This document shows positions 23,578-35,500 of a stretch of DNA of 64,000 nucleotides, one piece after another. How positions within the stretch are numbered: the stretch's first letter is position 1; every line of letters starts with the position of its first letter. A program made the translations under genes and the position numbers. Location: positions 1,798,001-1,862,000 of the forward strand of contig OZ251231.1 in the NCBI GenBank assembly GCA_965240325.2. Reading direction: 5' to 3'. Source of the DNA: Rebecca billardiae RCC1528 (Eukaryota; Protista; Haptophyta). The notes beneath the pieces were generated by a model that was given only the letters and a program-made list of their open reading frames with translations, was not told where the DNA came from and did not search any database.

Positions 23578-26500
23578 CTACGCGCAGCCGACCGAGTGCA
23601 GCCCCTGCACGGCGATGCCGACGGCGGTGGCGAGCAGCTCGTTGATCGCCTCGCCCGTCGCGCCGCCCTGCGAGAGCGCGCGGTCGAGCAGGAAGGGGAG
23701 CAGCACGGTGAGCGCGAGGATGATCGGCTCCTCGACGCCGAGGGACTGCAGCTCGGCGAACGACCAGCTGAAGAGCAGGTAGCGCGTCTGCTGCGCGCCA
23801 AAGCTGAGCGCGTACGCGACCGCCAGCAGCGCGAGCACGACGTAGATGGCCCACATGCACAGCCACGCGAGCGCGAGCTTGGCGCGCGGCGGCAGCGCGA
23901 AGCGGCGCGCGGCGCGCGTGAGCACGCCGCGCAGCCCGAGCTGCGCGCGCGCCGCCTTGAGCGCCTCCGCCTCGACCATCTCGTCGTACCAGTCGACGAG
24001 CTCGGTGAAGGAGATGGCACCGTCGCCGTCCGCGTCGAGCTCCTGGGCGAGCGCGCGCACGCGCCGCTTGCCCAGCCGGAAGCCGAGGTTGTCGAGCAGC
24101 GCGCCGAACTCCGCCTCGTCCACGTACCCGTTGCCGTCCGCGTCGAACGTGTTGAACTTGCGCCGCAGCAGCTCGACCGTGTCCGCGTCGAGGCGGTGGC
24201 CGGCGGTGGGCTGCGGCGGGTCGGTGGGCGCGGCGGCGGCGGCAGGTGCTCCCGCCTCGGTCGCGGCCGGCGAGCGCGGCCGCGGCGGCGAGGGCGGCGG
24301 GTGCGCGCCGCCATCGCGTGCATCCTCCTCCGCCTCGGCGTCGGACGGCGGCGTGCCCAGCCGGGGCGAGGCTCGTGGCGCGCGCTCGCCGCTGCCCGCG
24401 GCGGTCTCGAGCTTGGTGCCGCGCCTCGGCATGCCGAGAGCCGAGCGCTTGGCGGGAAGCGAGCGCGTCTTGGCGGCGTGCGCGCGCGGCGAGGCCGGCG
24501 TGTGCGCGGCCGAGCGCGGCGGCGGCGCGCTGGGCGCGTGCGGCGGCGCGTGCGGCCTCGGCGGCGAGGGCGGCGGCGGCGCCTCGCCCGGCTCGTCCTC
24601 CACGTCGCTGCCCGCCGGGCTGCCGGACTGCGGCGTGTGCAGCTGCGGCTCGGCGCGCGGCGCTCGGCTCTGCCTCTGCCCCGGCCCGAGCTGCGCGGCT
24701 GGCCGCTGCGGCTTGCCGCGCGAGCCTGGCCGCACGCTGCCCGCCGGCCCGTCTGGCGTGAGGGCGGGCGGCTCGGGAGGCAGCGCGCGCCGCGCAGGCG
24801 GCGACTCGACCGCCTCCGCCTCCTCGCCCTCGAGCCCGGAACCAGCGGCGCGCACGAGCCGCCCGCTCACCCCCGGGGGCGGCATGGCCTGCGCCGAGCG
24901 CTTTGCGGCGGCTGAGAAGCCTGCACGCCCGGCCGAGGGCTCGGGCGGCGTGTGGCGCGGCGGCGGCACGTGCTCGGGCGAAGGCAGCCCGCGCGCGGCG
25001 GCGGCGGCGGTGTCGCGCGGGGAGACGCGCGCGTCAGCGCGCGCCCTGCCGGCAGCGTTCGGCGCGCGCGGCAGCGCGACCGGCCTCGGGTTGAAATGCG
25101 TCGCGAGCGCTCGCACGGAGCGGCGGTCGATAGCGCCCTGCGCGGTGGCGGAGGCTGATTCCTCGATCTCGCGCAGGAGATCGTCCACCTCGCGCCGGCT
25201 GCGCGTCGAGGAGGCGGGCGGGCCGGCGGTGGGCGCGCCGAGCAGCGGCGGCAGCCGCACGCTGCCGCTCGAGCCGCGCGGCGCGGCTCGGCCGCGGCCC
25301 TCCACCGCCGATGGCGGCAGGTCCGCGCCCGCGCCCGCGCCGCCCGCCGCCCACGCGCGGCGCGCGTACTCTGCGCGATCCTCTTGCGCGCCTGAGTCTG
25401 AGGAGCGGTCGGAGAGGTGCTCGGACGGCGGCGGGGGGCGGCGGGGCGGCGTGCTCGACGAGCGCGGCTCCTCGCGCGCCGCCGGGGCCGGTTCGTGCTG
25501 CGCGGCCTCGCACGCCTCCATGCTGCTGCTGCTGCCGCTGCCGCTGCCGCTGCCGCTGCCGTGCCCAAGCAGCCGGCGCGCGTGCGCCGCGCGCGCAGCG
25601 TGGTCGTCCGCATCCGCACGCGCGGACGCGACGCCCGGCGCGGTCGTCGGCGCGGCGGGCGTGTGCGCCCGCGCGCCCACCGCCTCCGCCTCCTCCTGCG
25701 GGTGGATCGGCGCGTCGCCACCGCGCGGCTTGTCGCCGCCGTGCGACGGACGCGCCAGCTGGCGCGCGACCAGGCCGAGAGCGGAGGCGGCGTCACGCGG
25801 GCTGCCCTGCGCGCCGCCGCCCGACGCAGGGGCCGCCTCGGAGGCGGCGGGCGCGGAGGCGCGCTCTCCGCGCCGCCGGCCGGGCAGCACGCCGGCGGCG
25901 GGCCAGGAGAAGCTCGAAGCGGCGGCGGGCGCGTCTGCGTCAGCGCCGCCGCCGCCGCCGGCGCGCATCGCCGCCACCTCAGATCGCAGCCAGGAGCCGC
26001 CTCTCCGCCGGTCGGAGAACTTGCGCGAGAAGCGGCGCTCGAGCCCAGCGCCGGCGGACGCGTCCGCCAGCGCGTCCGCCGCGCCGCGCCGCACCGCGCT
26101 CGGGAAGGGCGCGCGCTCGCGCTCGCGCTCGCTCAGCTCGGCCTTAAGAAAGGCCGCGTAGATGCGCGTCGAGAGGGGCGCCGCGCGCCGGCCGTACCCC
26201 CAGCGGAAGAGGAGGCGGAAGAGGGCGAGCGCGGGCGCGGTGAGCGCGGCGGTGAGCAGCGCGGTGAGCACCGCGTGCACCAGGCTCACCGACGCGCCCG
26301 AGCCCTCCGCCGGCGCCGACGCGTCGTACAGCATGCACGTGATCACGAGGCCGAGCATTGCGACAGACCAGAAGACCTGCGCGAGCTCGGCGCGCTTCGA
26401 GTCCTCCGGGTCTGCGAACCAGATGCCGAGGAGCGAGTGGTCGGACTGCAGCTTGAGCAGCACGCGGCGCAGCAGCGAGGTGAGCAGGTGGTCGCTCGAG

Positions 26501-29500
26501 CGGTCCGCGCGCGCCGACGGCCGCGGCGGCGCGAGCTCGGCGACGGCCGCGCGCGCCGTGCGCCCGCGCGCGATGCGCTGCAGCGTGCGCGCGGCCGCGT
26601 CCTGCTGCCGGGCGACAAAGTCGTCGAGGTCGTCGAGCCTCGCCTCGAGCCGATCGGCCAGGTCGGGCGGCGGGCTGCCGGGCGGCGGGGCGCCAGCCGC
26701 GGCGGGGGGCGCACCCGACGCGGCGGGCGTGCCGCCGGGCGCGTCGAGGGGCGGCGCGGCCGGCTTGGCCGCGGCGCGCGCGCGCGCGCCGCGGCTCGCT
26801 CGCTGCTGCGGCTGCTGCTGCTGCTGCTGCTGCTGCTTGCGCTGCTGCTCCTGCTCGGCCTCGCGCTGCGCGGCGCGCTCGAGCGCGGCCTGCGTCGAGC
26901 GCTCCGCCTCCTCCGCGCGCGCCGCGGCCGAGGAGGGCCCTCGCCGAGCCTCGTGCCGCGCGCCGTGCGCCGAGGCCCTGCTTCCGAAGAGAGACACGAG
27001 AGAGCCCATGGAGAAGGCCGCTTCGAGCCGGCTGCGGCGCGCGTGGCTCGGCGGGCCGCTGTGCTCGCCCCCCGAGCTGCTCGAGCCGGCGGTCGTGCTC
27101 GACTCGCGCTCCGCCGGGTGGCCCGGCGCGCCCTTCCCGCCGCCGCCGCCGCCGCCGCCCACGCCGAGCCGCGCGCTCAGCGCAGCCAGCCGCGCGCGCC
27201 GCCGCGCGGCGTCGCGCGCGTCGCGCGCGCCGAGCACAGCCACACTGAGCGCACACGCCGCGCTCATGCCGAGAACCAGCCCGTAGATGTACGGGTTCTG
27301 CGCGAGGTCGGGCGGCGCGGTGAGCGTGGCGCTCGCCTCCTCCGCGCTGAGCGTGTTCACGTTGAAGCTCTCCACGTCCTCGCGTGCGCCGGCCGCGGAC
27401 GTCGGCACGGACACGCCCGCAAAGTCGGTCAGGTGCGTGCACGCGCAGTAGCGCGCGGGCGAGCCGTCGTCCGCGCGCGCGACCACCGTCTCGCAGCCGT
27501 CGTCGAGCCACGCGCTCGCGCCCTCGTCCCACCACACGCAGCCCCACTCGCCCGCGCCGCCCGCGCCGTCGAGCCCGGGCACCTCGACCAGCACGCGCTC
27601 CTCGTCCGGCAGGTCGGAGATGGTGAGCGCCAGCCCGGCCGACGCCGAGTAGAGCGTGACGGAGAAGACGGGCGTCACCAGCCCCGACGCGACGGCCGTG
27701 CCGTTCGCCTGCGTGGACGGGTCGCCGTGCACGTTGCGCGCGGAGGACCAGAGCACGACGTCGACGCCGCCCCCGAGCAGCTCGAGCGGCACGCCGCCGA
27801 ACACGCTCGCCGGCACGCCCACCGAGCCCGCGCCGCCTGGCCCGGGCAGCGTGATGTTGCCGAGCGCGCCCGCGTCCGCGCGCGCCGCGCTCACGTTGAT
27901 GGCCTTGCCCACGGCCTCGAAGGGCGCCTCGCCCGGCACGGCGCCGGCGAGCAGCGCGGTGGCGAGCGCACCCACCGCGCTCGTCGCCGCCGCGCCCACC
28001 GCCTCCGCCTCCGCCGCGCTCGGCGGCGCGTCGGCGTCGGCGTCGGCGGAGAGCGCCGCGTCCGCCGCGCGCAGCAGCGCGGCCGCGGTCGGTCCGTCGA
28101 CGCCCGACGCGGCCGACTGCGACGCGAGGGCGGCGACCTGCTCGAGGCCCGCGGCCTGCGCGGAGGCGTCGAACGCGCCGGGCGGCGCGGCCTCGAGCAC
28201 GGCGGCGAGCGCGGACGCGCTCGCCGCGCGCGCCTCGGCCGTCGGCGCGGACGCCTCCGCCGCGCCCGCCGTGAGCTCGAGCAGCCGAGCGAGCGTGGCC
28301 GAGGTGACGGTGGCGTTGTCGCCGCCCGCGGGCGTCGCGTCGAGCGCGTCGGCGAGGGCGCTCACGAGCTGCGTGGCGGTCTCGGCCGCGCCCGTCGCCA
28401 CCGCGGCGTACGCGCGCGTGAGCACCGAGTCGAGCAGCCCCGCGCCCTCGCCGGGCGGCGCGACGGCCACGGCCGCGTGCGCGTGCGCCGCGCCGCCGAG
28501 CGCGTCCGCCACCCTGACGGTGAGCGTGCGGTTGCCCGCGGGGAGAGTCGCGGTCGCCGAGGCGGCGGCGGAGGCGGCGCCGAGCGCGGCGGCGTCGGCG
28601 ACGGCGGCGCCGAGCGGCGCGTGCGAGAACGCGTAGCTCAGCGGCAGGTCCTCCTCGTCGTCCACCGCCCACCCCGCCGCGAACAGCGCAAAGCTCGTCT
28701 GCAGCGCCACGCCCGACGCCGGCGCCACCTCGAGCCCTCCGCCGTACGGCGGCCGATTGATCGTGACGCGCACCTCCGTGTACGCGGGCTGCGCGCCGCC
28801 GAGCACGGCGAGGCGGAACGCGTACGTCGCGCCGGGCGCGAGCACGCCGCTGCGGAACGCGACCGTGCGCAGCGCCGCGCCCGTCGTGGTCACCCGCTCG
28901 CTGTCCGCGAGGTCGAGACCGGCGGGCTCGAGCGCGCCGGCCGCGCCCACGCGCTGCGCGCTCCACTCGTAGCTGAAGCGCGCCTGCCCCGCCGCCTCGA
29001 GCGCGCGCGAGGCGGCGTCGAGGCGCGCGATGATCTTCAGACGATCGGGGTTCCGCTCGAACACCGCCGGCCACTTGCGCCGCCCGAGCGGCTCGAAGTC
29101 GAGCGTGGGCACCGCGCCCGGCACCGCCTCGAGCGCCACCGACGCGGCCGCGGGCGCGCGGCCGGGCGCGGACACGCGCACGGTGAGCGCATACACGCCG
29201 GGTGGCAGCGTGCCGGGCGCGAGCTCGAAGAGCGCGCCGCTCGTGTTCGCCGCGGACGGCTCGAGAGCCACCGGCTCGAGCGAGCTCGCGTTCGCCACGC
29301 TCCACGCGAACGACAGCGGCGGCGTGCCGCCGTCGCCGCCGTCGGCCGTCGGCGCATCGGGGTCGAATGACGCGGAGGCGTCGACGGTGAGGCGCAGCGA
29401 GCTCGGCACGCGGCGGTCGCCGCCGGCGATCACCGCGCGCAGCGGCTGCCGCGCGACGAGCACGCGCACGCGCGCCGTCGACGCCTGCGCGGGTGCCGCC

Positions 29501-32500
29501 GCCATGCTCGCCGTGAGCGCCAGGTCGTACGCCCAGCCGGCGGCCAGCGAGTGCGGCGGCAGCTGCAGCACCGCGGTGCGCGCGGACGCGAGGCGCGCGA
29601 GCAGCGCGTCCGTCGCGGCGGCGAGCTCGCCGGCGGAGGCGCTGCTCGCGTTCGCGCCGCCGCCCGCCTGCGCCACGCCCTCGAGCGCCCAGCTGAACAC
29701 CATCCCCGGCTCGAAGCTCGGCGGCCAGCACGGCGCGAGCTGCGCGCGCCCGCTCAGCAGCGTGGGCTCGGAGGCGCGCGCGCGCAGCTCGGGCGCGCCG
29801 TCGATGGCGAGGATCGGGCTGGCGCCGTCGCCGCGCGACACGTGCCACTCGACGGGCGCGGAGGGCACGCCGAGGAAGGACGTGACGCGCAGCACGAACA
29901 CGAACGAGCCGCTCACGCCGAGCTCGGTCGGCGAGGCCGCACCGGGCCCGCCGAGCGAGAGCTGAGGCGTGCGCGCCGGCAGCGCGCTCAGCCGCGCGTT
30001 GAGCGACGCCGCGCGCGCCGAGCGGCTCGGGTCGACGCGCCACTCAAAGGCGGCGGGGCCGATGCCGCCGCGCGACGACGCGGAGCCGTCGAGCGCGAGC
30101 GACGCGCCTGGGCACGCCGAGAGCACCGCCGGGCCCGACACGGCCGCGACTGGCGTCGGGCACGGCACGCCCTCGCCGCACGGCGCGTCCGCGTCGATGG
30201 CGGCGCGCGCGGCGGCGGAGGCGAGGGCGGCGGCGCACGGCGTGCCGCACTGCTCGGGGCGCAGCGCGCCCGCGCGCACGCCCACCTCCGAGCCGGCGCG
30301 CACGAGCGTCGCCGAGCTCAGCCGCGCGACGAGCGTCGAGTCGCCCGTCCAGTAGCACTGCGGCGGCGCGGCCGCGGCCGCGGCCGCGCCGCCGGCGACC
30401 AGCGCGACGGTGTCGTCGTCGAGGACGCGCGAGCACTCGCCCATGCCGCTGCCCATGCCCGCGCGGTCGGTCGGCTGCGCGTCGAAGCGCAGCACCATCA
30501 GCGTCGCCGCGCCGTTGAACGCCACTCCCTCGAGCACGGGCGCGTGCAGACCGACGAACGTGAACGCGAGCGCGCCCGCGGCCGGCGGCGTCGCGGCGGC
30601 CGCGGGCGTGAACTGCTGGCCGTTGAGCGAGACGCGGAGCTGCGCGCGGCCCGCGGCGCCGTACCGCGTGGAGACGACAACCTCGCCCGCCGTGACGCGC
30701 GCCGGCGGGTGTGCGGGCGCGTCGCCGAAGCGCACGGCGAGCAGCGCGCCGCCGGCCAGCGCGTCGAAGCCCGTGCCCCCGATCGTCACCTCCGTGCCGC
30801 CGTTCGCGTCGCCGCTCGCCGGGCTGACGGAGCCGAGGGTGGGCGGGTCGTACGCGAGGAAGGGCAGCGCCGAGGCGGTGGTCGAGTCGGCGCTGCCGCC
30901 GCCAAGCGAGAGCTCGAGCGCCACGCTGCCCGCCGCGCCGCCCAGCGGCGGCGGCAGCACGCAGCGCGCGCGGCTCAGGGCTGGCTCCGCCGCCGACGGC
31001 GGCAGCAGCGTCGCCGCCGCCGCGCAGCCGCCACCGCCGAGCACGCAGCACAGCTGGCCCTCGCCGTAGTCGGCAAAGCCCGAGCCCACGAGCGTGACCG
31101 CCGTGCCGCCGCCCACCGGCCCGCCCGGCGGGCGCAGCTCGAGCACCGACACGGCCGCCATATCGTACAGCTCAAACGAGACCGGGCCGAAGAGCCCAGA
31201 GACATCCACGTCCGTGGGCGCGCCGACGGCGCCGAGGGCGAGGCCGACGGTGTACGCGCCCGCGGCGGAGGGCGCGCCGGACGAGGCGGCGGCGGGTATG
31301 GCGCAGCGCAGCCGCGCGTCGCTCAGCACCGTCGCGCCCGAGAGCAGCGGGCCGCCACCGGCCCCGCCGCCGCCATCGGCGCGCGTGAAGGCGCACTGGA
31401 TCTCGCCAAACTCGCCGCCGGCCAGGCTGTCGAAGCCCGCACCCTCGAGCTCGAGCGCCGCGTCGTCCGAGCCGAGCGGCGCGCCCTCGCGGCTGCCGCT
31501 GAGCACGCTCACGCGGATCGCGGGCGGCGGCGGCGGCGGCGGGCTGGGCGGCGGCAGCGGCGGTGGAGAGCTCGGCGGCGGGCGTGGCGGCGGGCCCGGC
31601 GGCGGCGATGGCGGCGGTGACGGCGGTGGCGGCGGTGGCAAGCTGGGCGGTGGTGACGGAGGCGGGCTCGGCGGCGGGCTCGGCGGCGCTGGCGGCGGGA
31701 ACGGCTCCGTGCGCGGCGGCGGCGGCGGTGTCGGCGGCACCGGCGGCGGGCGCGGCGGCGGGGCGGGAGGCGGCGGCGGCGGCGGCGGCGTGGGTGGCGC
31801 GCCCGGCGGCACGCTCGGCGGCAGTGATGGCGGCGGCATGGACGGTGGGAGCGGCGGGGGCGGCGGTGGCGAGCTGGGCGGCGGTGACGGAGGCGGGCTG
31901 GGCGGCGGGCTGGGCGGCGCGCTGGGCGGGCTTGTCGGCGGCGGGCCCGGCGGCGGTGACGGCGGCGGCGACGGCGGTGGCGGCGGTGGCGAGCTGGGCG
32001 GTGGTGACGGAGGCGGGCTCGGCGGCGGGCTCGGCGGCGCTGGGGGTGGGAACGGCTCCGTGCGCGGCGGCGGCGGCGGTGTCGGCGGCACCGGTGGCGG
32101 GCGCGGCGGCGGGGCGGGCGGCGGCGGCGGCGGCGGCGGCGTGGGCGGCGCGCCCGGCGGCACGCTCGGCGGCGCGCTCGGCGGCGGCGATGGCGGCGGC
32201 ATGGACGGTGGGAGCGGCGGTGGCGGCGGTGGCGAGCTGGGCGGTGGTGACGGAGGCGAGCTGGGCGGCGGGCTGGGCGGCGCGCTGGGCGGGCTTGCCG
32301 GCGGCAGGTGGGGCGGCGGGCCCGGCGGCGGTGATGGCGGCGGCGATGGCGGTGGCGGCGGTGGCGAGCTGGGCGGTGGTGACGGAGGCGGGCTCGGCGG
32401 CGGGCTCGGCGGCGCTGGCGGCGGGAATGGCTCCGTGCGCGGCGGCGGCGGCGGTGTCGGCGGCACCGGTGGCGGGCGCGGCGGTGGGACGGGAGGCGGA

Positions 32501-35500
32501 GGCGGCGGCGGCGGCGTGGGCGGCGCGCCCGGCGGCACGCTCGGCGGCGCGCTCGGCGGCGGCGATGGCGGCGGCGCGCTCGGTGGCGCGCTCGGCGGCG
32601 CATTCGGAGGCAGGCTCGGCGGCGGCCGGCTCGGCGGCGGCGGGCTTGCCGGCGGCCTCGGCGGCGGTGACGGCGGAGGCGCGGGCGGCGGGCTCGGCGG
32701 TGACGTGGGTGGCGGGCTGGGCGGCGGCAGAGGCGGTGGTGGGCTCGGTGGCGGGCGCGGTGGTGGCTGGGGCGGCGGCGACGGTGGCAAGCTTGGAGGC
32801 GTCGACGGCGGTGGACTCGGCGGCGGCGATGGCGGTGGCGGGCTTGGCGGAGGGCTTGGCGGCGGCGTTGGTGGCGGCGCCGGCGGAGGTGACGGCGGTG
32901 GCTTTGGTGGCGGGGATGGCGGCGGGCTTGGTGGCGGGCTCGGAGGTGGCGGCACCGGTGGCGGGCGCGGAGGTGGCGATGGCGGTGGGAGTGGCGGCGG
33001 CGACGGCGGCGGCGGGCTCGGCGGTGGGCTCGGTGGCGGGCTTGGTGGCGGCGATGGGGGCGGGCTCGGCGGCGGCAGTGCCGGCGGCGGGCTCGGCGGT
33101 GGCGACGGTGGTGGGCTCGGAGGCGGGGATGGCGGTGGCGGACTTGGCGGCGGGCTGGGAGGCGAGCTCGGCGGTGGCGACGGCGGTGGGCTCGGCGGCG
33201 GTGGGCTCGGCGGCGGGCTCGGCGGTGGGCTCGGCGGCGGGCTTGGCGGTGGGCTCGGAGGCGGCGGTGCGGGTGGCGGGCTCGGCGGCGGCGACGGCGG
33301 AGGTCTTGGCGGCGGCGACGGCGGCGGCGGGCTCGGCGGTGGGCTCGGTGGTGGGCTTGGCGGTGGCGACGGCGGTGGGCTCGGAGGCGGTGGGCTCGGC
33401 GGCGGGCTCGGCGGCGCGCTCGGAGGCGGGCTCGGCGGTGGGCTCGGCGGTGGCGGGCTCGGTGGCGGGCTGGGAGGCGGGCTCGGCGGTGGGCCCGGCG
33501 GTGGGCTCGGCGGCGGTGGGCTCGGCGGCGGGCTGGGAGGCGGGCTCGGCGGCGGGCTCGGCGGCGGGCTCGGCGGTGGCGGGCTCGGTGGCGGGCTCGG
33601 CGGCGGGCTCGGAGGTGGGCTCGGCGGTGGCGATGGCGGTGGCGGGCTCGGTGGCGGGCTCGGTGGCGCGCTCGGCGGCGGGCTGGGCGGTGGGCTCGGC
33701 GGCGGTGGGCTTGGGGGCGGGCTCGGAGGGGGGCGTGGCGGTGGCGACGGCGGTGGGCTCGGAGGCGGCGGGCTTGGGGGCGGGCTTGGGGGAGGCGACG
33801 GCGGCGGGATCGGAGGCGGCGACGCCGGTGGCGGGCTCGGCGGCGGGCTCGGCGGCGGGCTTGGCGGCGGCGACGGCGGCGGGCTCGGTGGCGGCGGGCT
33901 TGGCGGCGGGCTTGGCGGCGGGCTTGGCGGCGGCGACGGCGGCGGCGATGGTGGCGGCGGGCTTGGCGGTGGGCTCGGCGGCGGGCTCGGCGGCGGCGAT
34001 GGTGGCGGTGATGGAGGCGGCGGGCTCGGCGGTGGGCTGGGTGGCGGCGGGCTCGGTGGCGGGCTTGGCGGTGGTGATGGCGGCGGGCTCGGCGGCGGCG
34101 ATGGCGGTGGCGGGCTGGGCGGTGGGCTGGGCGGTGGCGATGGTGGCGGAGACGGTGGCGGCAACGGTGGCGGCGGACTCGGCGGTGGGCTTGGCGGCGG
34201 TGAAGGTGGCGGGCTCGGTGGCGGGCTCGGAGGCGGCGGGCTCGGCGGCGGGCTCGGTGGCGGTGATGGTGGTGGGCTCGGCGGCGGGCTCGGCGGCGGC
34301 GGGCTGGGCGGCGGGCTCGGCGGCGGCGACGGCGGTGGGCTCGGCGGAGGGGATGGTGGCGGTGGGCTGGGCGGCGGGCTGGGCGGCGGGCTGGGCGGGG
34401 GCGATGGCGGCGGGCTCGGTGGTGGCGGGCTCGGCGGCGGGATCGGTGGTGGCGAGGGCGGCGGCGACGGCGGCGGGCTCGGCGGTGGCGGGCTCGGCGG
34501 CGGGCTCGGTGGTGGCGAGGGCGGCGGGGACGGCGGCGGGCTCGGCGGTGGTGGGCTTGGCGGCGGGCTCGGTGGCGGCGACGGTGGTGGGCTCGGTGGC
34601 GGGCTGGGAGGCGGCGGGCTCGGCGGCGGGCTGGGCGGCGGCGATGGCGGCGGGCTGGGCGGCGGCGACGGCGGCGGCGGGCTGGGCGGCGGTGCTGGTG
34701 GCGGCGATGGAGGCGGGCTGGGTGGCGGCGAGGGCGGCGGGCTGGGTGGGGGCGAAGGCGGTGGGCTCGGCGGCGGCGACGGCGGCGGCGGGCTCGGCGG
34801 CGGACTGGGCGGCGGGCTGGGCGGCGGCGACGGCGGCGGGCTCGGCGGTGGCGGGCTCGGCGGCGGGCTCGGTGGTGGCGATGGCGGCGGCGACGGCGGC
34901 GGGGTTGGCGGTGGTGGGCTTGGCGGTGGGCTCGGTGGCGGCGACGGTGGTGGGCTTGGCGGCGGCGACGGCGGCGGCGGGCTCGGCGGCGGACTGGGCG
35001 GCGGGCTGGGCGGCGGCGACGGCGGCGGGCTCGGCGGTGGCGGGCTCGGCGGCGGGCTCGGTGGTGGCGATGGCGGCGGCGACGGCGGTGGGCTCGGCGG
35101 TGGTGGGCTCGGCGGCGGGCTTGGTGGTGGCGACGGTGGTGGGCTTGGTGGCGGCGACGGCGGCGGCGGGCTCGGCGGTGGCGGGCTCGGCGGCGGGCTC
35201 GGTGGTGGCGATGGCGGCGGCGACGGCGGCGGGCTTGGCGGCGGCGGACTGGGCGGCGGGCTCGGTGGTGGCGAGGGCGGCGGCGACGGCGGCGGGCTTG
35301 GCGGTGGTGGGCTTGGCGGCGGGCTCGGTGGCGGCGACGGTGGTGGGCTTGGTGGCGGCGACGGCGGCGGCGGGCTCGGCGGCGGGCTGGGCGGCGGCGA
35401 TGGAGGCGGGCTGGGCGGCGGCGACGGCGGCGGCGGGCTGGGCGGCGGTGCTGGTGGCGGCGATGGAGGCGGGCTGGGTGGCGGCGAGGGCGGCGGGCTG